A DNA stretch of 62,904 bases, counting the filler, from Chrysochromulina tobinii (lineage: Eukaryota): the NCBI GenBank assembly GCA_001275005.1. It is 10 parts of 10 records of this genome, joined end to end, with 100 filler letters (N's around TTAATTAATTAA, not from the genome) between each part and the next. Parts side by side here need not be neighbours in the genome. Positions count along the whole stretch, not along the records: positions 1 to 16,642 come from JWZX01000392.1; positions 16,743 to 22,940 come from JWZX01000393.1; 8 more parts are not named here. One strand, given 5' to 3'. A program made the translations under genes and the position numbers. Below, piece after piece: positions 11,146 through 20,253 of this stretch. Below the pieces are notes generated by a model. That model was given only the letters and a program-made list of their open reading frames with translations, made no database searches and was not told the origin of the DNA. The stretch's first letter is position 1. Every line of letters starts with the position of its first letter.

Positions 11146-13032
11146 CTAGTGTCGGTCCGGGGAGCCCAGGCGCGGTCGAGACGAAAGGCCACCTGCGACA
11201 GCCGCCCGAAGGTAGGCTGAGCGCTCGTGAGCCACTGCGTTTGTAAGGAGGCGCCACAGGTAATGACAGCCCACCTCGGGACCCACTGAACCCTCGCGGT
11301 CGCCGCCGCCCACACGGCTGCGTCCTGGCGATGAGTTCCTGGCAGCCGTGAGCGCCCCCTGCCTTGCCGTCATAAGTCGCTCCCACGCCGTCGTGGGCAT
11401 CCGCGTGGCACTCGTGCCCAGCGGGCCAGTCGAGGATGCATGCTCGGCGAGATGAGGGGGGCAAAGCTCGAGGATGGACGCAACATCGGCATCGCTCAGC
11501 TGGAGCGTCGGGCAAGCCTCGCGTAGCCTGGCAAGCAACTCGGAGAGGGCCACCGTGCGCTTTCCTTGCGTCTCCCATATTTGGAACACGCCCTGCAGCG
11601 CCCGCCTATGCCAGAGCATCGCCAGGATGAGGGGCGCTGGGAGCTCTGTGCCTCCGACTGAGACGCCAACCGCGGGGGTGGGCAGCATGACCACCGAGGC
11701 GACGAGCGGCTCGGGCACCATCACACCGGCACCCTTCAACGCATCGACCACCTGGTACCAGTTGGCGGCACTGCTGTTGCCTCCTGCGCCGTTCAAAGCG
11801 GCCGGGTACCGATATTGGATGGCCGCGGCGACGGCGGGTGCCGCGAGCTCAGCGCCCCCTCGAAGGGTGCGATCAAGGCTGCGACGACTGGCACTCGCCT
11901 CGCCGCCTCGCGGAGTCGCAGCATCGGCAGCACGCCTTGACTCCCAGTCCAAGCGTGCTTGGACTCGCGCTTGGACTCCGAGCGCCGCGCTCGGACTCGT
12001 GCCGACCATTCGAAACCTATCGCGCCTCATCCCATACGCATACTTCGATCCGTGCGAGCCTCGTGCTGAGCGCAACGAGAGGGCTCCGAGGGCCGAGTCG
12101 CCGACGTCGGCGTGGGCGAGCTCCCCGAGGTCCTCATACGCCGTCTCGAGGCTCATCGGGAGGCCCACGCCATCGAGGCAGCGCGCACCGCTCAGGATTG
12201 TGCGCACGAACACCGGCATATCGTCCAGCGTGAACGAGATCAGCTCCGCGTCGGCGGTGAGCCCGCGGGGCGCGGGCGGTGCCTCCGGCTCGGTCGGCAG
12301 GAGCGCTCGCATAAACTCATCGAGGGAGACCGTCTTGCTCTTATCGGCGTCGAGGCGCTCGAAGATCGCCTCGAACTGTTCGCGAGTCCTGCTCTCAAAG
12401 CGGCACGCTCCTTGCCGCACGACGCCGCCGAGCCCGAGGATGTTGCGCACGCTCTGGTTTGTGCGCACCGCCTTGATGACCTCGGTGCGGCTGAGCACAC
12501 CGTCTCCATTCTTGTCGATGAGCCTGAAGGCCTCTTCGATCATGCCAGGGGTGACCTCCGAATGGAAACGCTGCAGAGCCTCAGCCTCACGCGATGTGCG
12601 CCGAGCAGTACGCTCCTCATGTTCTCGGCGCGTGGACTCGAGTAGAGAGGTGAGTCCACGCTTCCACTCCGCGAGTCCGGACCCATGTCCGGCGCCAGGA
12701 AGGTACACGGGGTCACGGCGCGGCTGCTCCACGGTTGGCGTCCGCGGCGGCTTGTTTGGCGACTGCGGCGGCTCGACTCTTAGTGCTGCCGGTAAGTGTA
12801 GTCGCGGTGTGGCTTGTTCGTCGATCTCGTCGAGGAAACGGGCGAGTCGTGTGGCTTGTTCGTCGATCCTGTCGAGGTACACGGGCACCGACTCGCTCTC
12901 GAGCTGGTGCGACGAGGCCACCGCGGCTTTGTGTATGGGCTCTGGAGCGACTTTGCGCATCGGCTCTGGAGCGCGGTAAGGAATCAAGCCCGGCAACAGG
13001 CTTTTGGTTGGAGGCGGCGAGGCCATGTGCAT
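11146..13032 (-). CDS. EF-hand calcium-binding domain protein
   Basis: Two canonical EF loops 'DKNGDGVLSRTE' and 'DADKSKTVSLDE' within a 628-aa ORF. Confidence 0.75.
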   Translation of the reverse strand: MHMASPPPTKSLLPGLIPYRAPEPMRKVAPEPIHKAAVASSHQLESESVPVYLDRIDEQATRLARFLDEIDEQATPRLHLPAALRVEPPQSPNKPPRTPTVEQPRRDPVYLPGAGHGSGLAEWKRGLTSLLESTRREHEERTARRTSREAEALQRFHSEVTPGMIEEAFRLIDKNGDGVLSRTEVIKAVRTNQSVRNILGLGGVVRQGACRFESRTREQFEAIFERLDADKSKTVSLDEFMRALLPTEPEAPPAPRGLTADAELISFTLDDMPVFVRTILSGARCLDGVGLPMSLETAYEDLGELAHADVGDSALGALSLRSARGSHGSKYAYGMRRDRFRMVGTSPSAALGVQARVQARLDWESRRAADAATPRGGEASASRRSLDRTLRGGAELAAPAVAAAIQYRYPAALNGAGGNSSAANWYQVVDALKGAGVMVPEPLVASVVMLPTPAVGVSVGGTELPAPLILAMLWHRRALQGVFQIWETQGKRTVALSELLARLREACPTLQLSDADVASILELCPPHLAEHASSTGPLGTSATRMPTTAWERLMTARQGALTAARNSSPGRSRVGGGDREGSVGPEVGCHYLWRLLTNAVAHERSAYLRAAVAGGLSSRPRLGSPDRH

Positions 13033-13391
13033 GGGACACTCTCGGATTTCGACGTTTCATCGAGAACTTTGCCAATGCATGTATTGATCCAATCGCAGAC
13101 GACAACTCACACGCCTCTCTCCACATTCTGCCCACCCGCCGGCGCCGCCAACGACCGTCCACACGTGCGTGCGTGTGTGTGCTCTGTGCGAGCACCACCA
13201 GACCCTTGTTGTTGTTCGGTGTTCGGACCGCACCTACGCGCTACGGAGGCGGGTCACGACCTCACGTCCGGCCGCAGCGGCTCTCTCGCATCCTCCCTGA
13301 CCGGACGGGGGGGTCGTTTTGTTGGATGTAGTTATCCGAACCGGAATACGCTGCATGCCTTTCTAAGGTACCCGATGCCTCTCTCGCCGTC

Positions 13392-13895
13392 TCAAGTCGA
13401 ACCGTCGAGCTTACCCGTGAAGAGCGAGTCGTGCGGCGTGGGCCTCAGCTTCTTCATACGCGCGGCTATGCGATCGCGGGGCGGGATCGGCCCGCGCTCC
13501 GCCTTCTTCGGCGGGTCGGCCAAATAGCGGTGCGGCTTCGAGGGCCAAGCTTCCCGCGACGCCTCCGTCAGCTGCTCCTCCACCAAGTGGTAGCGCGTCT
13601 TCTGCTGTGCCTCACTGCTCGAGCCGTGCAAGTAGACGTAGGCCTTCTTGTAGTCGGGCTCCTGGAAGCGCACGCCGAGTTGGCGATTGATGCGCTTCTT
13701 GCCCTCGTAGATGGCCGTGTGCACGTGGCTCACTGGCATGTTGTACAGCCGGATGAGGTACTCCTTGATCTCAAACTTTGTCATCTTCGGCGAGACATGG
13801 AAGACCTCGACTTGCCGATCGAGCCAGTGCCGCGTGTGCAGGTTGGGGCTGCGCACGAGCTTGACAACCCAGTTAGGGAAGAGTTGGACCGGCAT
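13392..13895 (-). CDS. MRPL23: Mitochondrial ribosomal protein uL23m
   Basis: 'FHVSPKMTKFEIKEYLIRLYNMPVSHVHTAIYEGK...DYKKAYV' is the L23 signature; 'MPVQLFPNW' start resembles mitochondrial L23. Confidence 0.9.
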   Translation of the reverse strand: MPVQLFPNWVVKLVRSPNLHTRHWLDRQVEVFHVSPKMTKFEIKEYLIRLYNMPVSHVHTAIYEGKKRINRQLGVRFQEPDYKKAYVYLHGSSSEAQQKTRYHLVEEQLTEASREAWPSKPHRYLADPPKKAERGPIPPRDRIAARMKKLRPTPHDSLFTGKLDGST

Positions 13896-14584
13896 CCGCG
13901 CTGCTTGAGGTGTTTTGTGGACCCTCACCACGTGGTTCGTCTTCACATCAATCAGTCAGTCAGTCAGTTTCGTGGTTACAAATAGCTTGGAAAGGGGTGG
14001 GGGAGTACGTGCACGCGCTCACGCGTGCGTTGCCTTGGGCCGGTGTGTGGCCTTCGGTCGGCCGAAGATGAGCGTCTGGGGACACGCTGGTGCACGGAGC
14101 GCGCCTGCCAAAGTTGCATGCATTTCATTCACCACATCCCTTTTTTGGTACCTATTGGATGTTTCTGTTTCGAGTTTTCTGTTTCAGACGCGAGCGGGAC
14201 GTTCGAGCCGGAAGGAGCGGCTCCCTAACTTCGGCGTGCGGTGACTCTCCCTGGAATCGCCGCGGCTCTGCGGTCGGCGCATCGGGCCATGTTCATGAGG
14301 CTTCTGGCAAGCTGTGACAGGTGCTCCAGGCACTGAACGACCATTGAGTTGATGGACGCTCCAATTGTTGAGTGGCAAAGGCCGGACGAAACATCCAGCC
14401 GAGCTCGCCCGTGGCTGCGCAACCACAGCCAGCATCTGAGCCACGCACGTCTAGCTGCGGTAGCCGGCTTCCAGTAGCAAACCGTGAGTATAACTGTGGT
14501 ACTGTGAGGGACCTACCGTCCTAGTAACGTTCTCCCGCAGTACCGTTAGTGCAGTTAGAGTAGATAGCTCTTCTTACTTACACC

Positions 14585-14785
14585 CACCTAACCCCCTAAC
14601 CCCCTAACCCCGAACCCCTAACCCCTCTAACCTCCCTCTGGTCTAACCCTTTACATGTGGTTTCGACAGTTAAACCTAACCACACCCACCCGAACCGTAA
14701 AGTCGGTTTCGTAGCCGTAAGAGTAACCGTCATACCGCTCCACCTGTGGTTTCGGCGCAACCCCTAACCCCTCACCCCTAACCTT
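14585..14785. repeat. Degenerate telomere-like CCC(C)TAA repeats, interstitial
   Basis: Clusters 'cctaaccccctaaccccctaaccccgaacccctaacccctctaacc' and 'aacccctaacccctcacccctaacc'. Confidence 0.7.
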
Positions 14786-14934
14786 CATCCCGCCTAAGCC
14801 TGTGCAAGCGCGTCCCGCCTAAGCCTGTGGTGGGCTGCGGCGTACCTCGCGCCCATCCACGGTTTCGAGGGTTTCGTCAGTTCCGTCAATTGTAGTCAGG
14901 ATGTGACGAAACAGACGAAACTGACGAAACTGAT

Positions 14935-15232
14935 AAAAACGCAAAACGCAAAACGCAATACGCAAGACGCAAGACGCAATACGCAAGACGCAATGCGGGT
15001 CAAAGTGGGCTGGCCAGTACGCAATACGCAAGACGCAATACGCAATGGGGGTCAAAGTGGGCTGGCCAGTACGCAATACGCCACACGCAATACGCAATAC
15101 GCAAAGAGGGTCAAAGTGGGCTGGATGTGAAAATTGCAGTCATACGCAATACGCAATACGCAGTACGTAATGCGGGTCAAAAATACGCAATACGCAAAAT
15201 GCTGAAAATACGCAACAAAAAATTACGCTGCG
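14935..15232. repeat. Tandem ACGCAAT/ACGCAAG heptamers with three GGGTCAAAGTGGGCTGG blocks
   Basis: Directly visible heptamer array with a higher-order ~56-60 nt period. Confidence 0.9.
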
Positions 15233-15578
15233 TATGGCGTACCTCTCACTGATGGGGCAATTGCCGCGGGGCCCCGACCACCCGACGGGCGGGCGCTGAC
15301 CGCGCTGACCGCGCCCTCCCCTCCGGCAGTCCCCCCGCTAAAAGTCGCGCGATTCGCGTGAAGGTCCGGACCCGAATGCGAAAGCTGGCGCTCATCTAGA
15401 ACAATTCATGCATGCACCCTTCACTTCGAGGAGTTTTATGAATGCCAGTTATTTCTCTTAAAATTGTTTAGGGGCCTAACTTCGATGAACGCCGTGATCG
15501 GCAACAAGAAGATGTGCCCCGCCCCAGCCGAGAGCCTACTCGGCGAGCCGGCCGAGGGCGCGCTCCCCACGATCTCCA

Positions 15579-16642
15579 GTGGAGTCCCGCAAAAGACCGC
15601 GCGCGTCGATGTCGACCCCGCATCCGCCAAGGAGCTGTACCAGCACATCACTTACGCTCTTCGGCCGATTGGAGGCGCTGCCGCTCGTCAACGTCCGCCT
15701 GCACGGCTGTGCTACGCTTCCACTCGTGGTAAGTCTCTCACAAGCCCGGCCTCCATCCTACACTTCACGTGCTACGAGCGCACTCCTCCTGCTGCTCCTC
15801 GCGCTTCCCGGAAGTCGCGGCTCCAAGCTCCCCGTCGAGAAACCCAATCCTGGTGAGCGGATGAGCGCTCGTCATCAGCATACGCCGTGTGCGCTGGATT
15901 CCACTTGGAAGATTATCACTGTCCCAAGTGGGCTGATGCAGCACATGCTCGATGCTGGAGAGCTGGTGTCCAAGGGAGGTCCCATTATGGCGCCGGACTT
16001 GTCTACGGTATATCGAAGTGGAGACGAGCAGTTGTCCCACCTCTCAGTTGACCTCAAGCTCTTCAAGGAGCAGCTCGAGGGAAAAAAGGGGGTCGAGCAA
16101 CTCATCGCTTACGTTGAGGCGGATGTTCTCGACAACGTCGGGGAGCACGTTGGGAGGCGCCTCGAGCGCCGCAGGCTCCGTTGCCTCGGTGCTGGGGGTT
16201 GCGGCACCACCTGCACATGCGGAAGTTGTTGCTGCTCTTGCAGCGGTCATTGCCACCACCCGCACCATCCGCACCATCCTCACACACCGCAAACGCACTA
16301 CCCCCCGCCATTCATGCTACCATCACCGCCCTCCCAACCGCCTGCGTTGCCGACCCACTACGATCTCTACCGCCATCGCCGCCGCCTCCAAGCCAGTCCC
16401 CGTCCGCCCTCGCCGTCGCCGCCTCCACCGTCACCGTCACCGCCTCCACCGTCACAGCCGCCACCACCCTCAAAGCCGCCTCCACCCTCGTCCCCGCGGC
16501 CCCCGCTTGCACCGTCGCCAACGCCCCGCAATCCCCGAAAACCAGCGCCGTCGCCGCCTCCGCCGTCACCACCGCCGCCTTCCCCTCCGCCGATGCCTCC
16601 CCCGCCGCCTTCGCCACCGCCGTCACCGCCACCACCGCCACC
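15579..16642 (+). CDS. Secreted Pro-rich (SPPPP) protein, 3' truncated by contig end; exon structure uncertain
   Basis: Hydrophobic 'ALLLLLLALPG' segment, RRL motifs, Cys/His-rich stretch, extensin-like SPPPP tail. Confidence 0.5.
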
Positions 16643-16742
16643 NNNNNNNNNNNNNNNNNNNNNNNNNNNNNNNNNNNNNNNNNNNNTTAATTAATTAANN
16701 NNNNNNNNNNNNNNNNNNNNNNNNNNNNNNNNNNNNNNNNNN
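16643..16742. other. Artificial contig spacer (also 22941-23040, 33721-33820, 35535-35634, 44795-44894, 46344-46443, 49749-49848, 59509-59608, 61593-61692)
   Basis: Identical 100-nt N44-TTAATTAATTAA-N44 blocks with stops in all six frames. Confidence 0.98.
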
Positions 16743-19027
16743 GGCGGCGAGGGCGAGCGCGGCGGCGGCGAGGGCGGCGGCGGCGAGGGTGGGGGCGGCG
16801 GCGCGCGAGGCGGGGGCGGCGGAGCCTGTGGTGCGCCCGCTGGCACAGATGGCTGCGGCGGCGAGGGCGAGGGCGGCGGCGGCGAGGGCGGCGGCGGCGC
16901 TGCCCCGCACCACGTGCGCATCATCGAGATGAGCGGCGCTGGTGTGCTCGGCAGGCCGCCGCCGAGCCGCACGCCATCCAGCTGCGCCGGGCTGAGGGCA
17001 ACGTCCCACACCAGCAGGTCCTTCATCTGGCCCGTGAACATCGGGTCGTCCCAGTTGCTCTTGCCCACATACAGGTTGGAGCGGCTCACCGGCAGCGGGA
17101 AGAGCGTCGACGCGGTCGTTGCGACGCTCGCACCGTTCCAGTAGATCTGGGCGGGCCCGTAGGTGTCGGTAAGGCTTGCACGCGACTGCACGACAGCGAC
17201 GAGAGTCCACACGTTTGCGGGGAATGATGGCGGGCCTGCATTCAGAATGACGGACTTGACACCCCCATGAAACACTTCGTACTGAATTCCGGATTGAAAT
17301 GCCAGGAGGACATTGTCTGCACCTGCACCGTTGCCAAAATCGATGAGGCGGTCCCACGACTGGTCTGTCCGCGTGCGGTAGACCCACGCGCTGAGCGTGA
17401 AGCCAAGCCCCCCGCCGACGATTCCGGTGCGCGACGTGGCCGTCAAGTAGGAGGTCGCCGCCCCGGTGAAGGTGTATGCGCCGTCGACGGCGCACAGCGG
17501 CGGCGGCAGCGACGGCGGCAGCGACGGCGGCGACGGCGGCGGAGGCGACGGCGGCGGAGGCGACCTCCTACTTAGTTGGCATTCAACGCTCGCCATCCTG
17601 TCGAAGCTGAGGAGGATAGCCAGCCAGACTCTCCATCGAGCACATCCCGACTGCGACCTTCCTCGCCGACTCCCACGTGCTCCTTGCGTCCCGTCTCGCA
17701 TCGTGCTCGAACGCAGAGCTCTAAACAGCCCCACCAACCGTGCGACGAGGCCAGCCATTGCAAAGAAGACCATCGAGAGCAGGCAAGCGAATCGACCCAT
17801 CTCGCCTTGGAGAGCGGTGGCCTTCCATCCCGTGGCCGCAGAGTAGGCATGCGTGTGTAAGGTGGCGCCATGGGGTGGTGGCAGCGAACTCGGCGGGGGC
17901 GACGAGGGAGGGTGCATCGGCGGCGGCGGTGGCGAAGGCGGCGGAGGTGGCGAGGGCGGCGGCGGTGAGGCCCCTATGATGATTCTAAATGCGGCATCGG
18001 CGTCTGTAAGGCACCTTGCATCAACCGATCCAGACACGTTTGCCCAGATTGGGACAGGAAAAGCACCTGTACTGCTGATGCAACCATCACATTGGCGCGA
18101 ATCTGCTAAGACGGCCGGCAACCACATAGAATCATCAAACGAGTTCAGGTACCAGCCAGCTGGAGGAGTTCCTGTACGAGCCTTCCAATTCGTGTTGGTA
18201 ATGACCGAGCCCCACAAGGAATCAAAGCTTTGGCAGGCCAGCATCATGCTCGCACACTGCGTTCGGACAAATTGACCAAAGTTGGGAGATCCGTAGTCAC
18301 GGCCTAACACGGCAAGTACAGCACCAAAAGGTCGCGGTGCAACAAAGGAAACCTGCTTTGCCACTTGCCAGTCTCCTAAAGTGCCAGTCACAGAAGCTGT
18401 GATATCTACCTCGTTAAAATAGACAGCACGAACGTCGTTGTCCACAGTAAACCTGCATGTTACAGGTACTGAAGGTGGCGGCGAGGTCGTTTGGCATTCA
18501 ACGCTCGCCATCCTGTCGAAGCTGAAAAGGATAGCCAGCCAGACTCTCCATCGAGCACATTCCGGCTTCGACCTTCCTCGCCGACTCCCACGTGCTCCTC
18601 GCGTCCCGTCTTGCATCGTGCTCGAATGCAGTGCTCTAAAAAGCTCCACCAACCATACGATGAGGCCAGCCATCGCGAAGAAGACCATCGAGAGCAAGCA
18701 CGCGAATCGACCCATCTCGCCTTGGAGAGCGGTGGCCTTCCATCCAGTGGCTGCAGAGTTGGCATGCGTGTGTAAGGTGGCGCCTTGGGGCGGCGGCAGC
18801 GAAGTCGGCGGGGGCGACGAGGGGGTGTGCATCGGCGGCGGCGGTGGCGAAGGCCGCGGTGGCGAGGGTGCGGACGGTGGCGCCAGCGGCGGAGGGGCCG
18901 TTGACTTTGGCGAGGGCGGCGAGGGCGTGCTGGCCGAGATGCTGCCATGAGTGGGCGTCATCCTTGGAGGCGATGGAGGCGGTAGAGCCACAGGCGGCGG
19001 CGACGATTGCACGGCGCAGTGGTGCAA
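16743..19027 (-). CDS. Pro-rich modular surface protein with a lectin/beta-sandwich module and a LamG/concanavalin-A-like domain (3' truncated)
   Basis: 'FTVDNDVRAVYFNE...PPAGWYLNSFDDSMW' module; 'FTLSAWV...WDRLIDFGNG...LYVGKSNW.DPMFTGQMKDLLVWDVALS' LamG-like; SPPPP linkers. Confidence 0.7.
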
Positions 19028-19432
19028 CTACTGTACCGGGCTCCCGAGCGGGCTCGGCGTTATCATTTCTCTTCATTTCCAGTTACCGGTACAAATAAGT
19101 ATTTATAAGTATTAAACACGCCTATCGGCAGCGTACCGTACACGTGGCTTCACGTGGCGAGAGGCATATAAAGCGTGTACGGTGTGGTGTCAACAGCCAA
19201 GTGCCGGGACTGAACACTGATGCCGCATACCGGGGGGCTTCTTTGATGATAACATGAACGGGGCCGCCTCTCTCTCTTTTCACGCGTCACAGTGTGAATA
19301 ATCCAAAACGCAAAACGGCGGCGCGACGCGAAGAATCTGGGCAGCTCGGGAGTGACGAAACGCGCCGTAATGTGCGCCCCCAAGCCCCCAAGTTTCAGGA
19401 GGAGCGTCGTCTCCAGGGACTCACTCCAAGCG

Positions 19433-19906
19433 ATGTTCGCGGCTGCGACCGCGGCTGCGCGCGGGCTCGGTTCGTGCCTAGCGCGATCCGCCGCCGCCCC
19501 TCTGCTCCGGCCGCCACTACTGACGCAGCCGCGCCGCGACATGTCCATCCACCTCAAGACGCGGCTGAACGTCATTGACAACACCGGTGCCAAAGAGGTC
19601 GAGTGCATCGACTTCTATGCGCGCAAGCCGGCGCGGCTCGGCGACGCGATCCGCGTCGTCGTCAAATCGGCGAAGCACGACGGCCGCGTGTCCAAGAAGG
19701 ACATTGTCGGCGCCGTCGTCGTGCGGCAGAAAGCGAAAATGCAGCGGCCTGACGGGAGCGTCATCTTCTTCCAAGAGAATGCGTGCGTGCTCATGAAGCG
19801 TGACCTATCGGGGCCGATAGGCACGCGCGTGACGGGTCCGGTGGCGCGCGAGCTGCGTCAGGGTCGCTTTATGAAGGTCGTACTTATGGCGTCGCGCGTG
19901 GTATAG
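19433..19906 (+). CDS. MRPL14: Mitochondrial ribosomal protein uL14m with N-terminal transit peptide
   Basis: 'LKTRLNVIDNTGAKEVECI...AVVVRQK...RPDGSVIFFQENACVL...PIGTRVTGPVARELR' is the L14 signature. Confidence 0.92.
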   Translation: MFAAATAAARGLGSCLARSAAAPLLRPPLLTQPRRDMSIHLKTRLNVIDNTGAKEVECIDFYARKPARLGDAIRVVVKSAKHDGRVSKKDIVGAVVVRQKAKMQRPDGSVIFFQENACVLMKRDLSGPIGTRVTGPVARELRQGRFMKVVLMASRVV

Positions 19907-20253
19907 CGCGAGCCAGGTGCATGTCCCGCGCGAGAAGCCAGAAGGTGACCACGCGCAGAGATATTCTTGTAACTTACCAAGCTACCTACGCGCAGAGCCG
20001 GTCGTGTGCTGTCCGCTCCGTATGTGGGTGAACGCACGCGAGTACAGTGTGTATCGACTCCCAGTGTAAACTTGATCCTGATAGACTGAGGGCATCCCAT
20101 AAAACGCCCCGCGAGGCAGCGTTTTGCACTCTATGAAATGGGAGGCGCTCGTCAGCGGCGCAGGACTCGGACCAGTCGTGCCTCGTGGCCTTCGTCGTGG
20201 GCCGGCCAGAGGAGGCGGACGCATGCAGCCTTGCAGCCAACGGCCAGTGCCGC

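Noticed and set aside
16643..16742. TTAATTAATTAA palindrome in N runs (nine copies)
   Set aside because: Artificial six-frame-stop contig spacer. Adjacency across spacers, and ORFs running into X residues, carry no biological meaning.
13392..19906. uL23, uL14 and IF2 as a bacterial or organellar operon
   Set aside because: They are on different contigs and strands, uL14 and IF2 have presequences, and IF2 has spliceosomal introns; ordinary nuclear genes for mitochondrial proteins.
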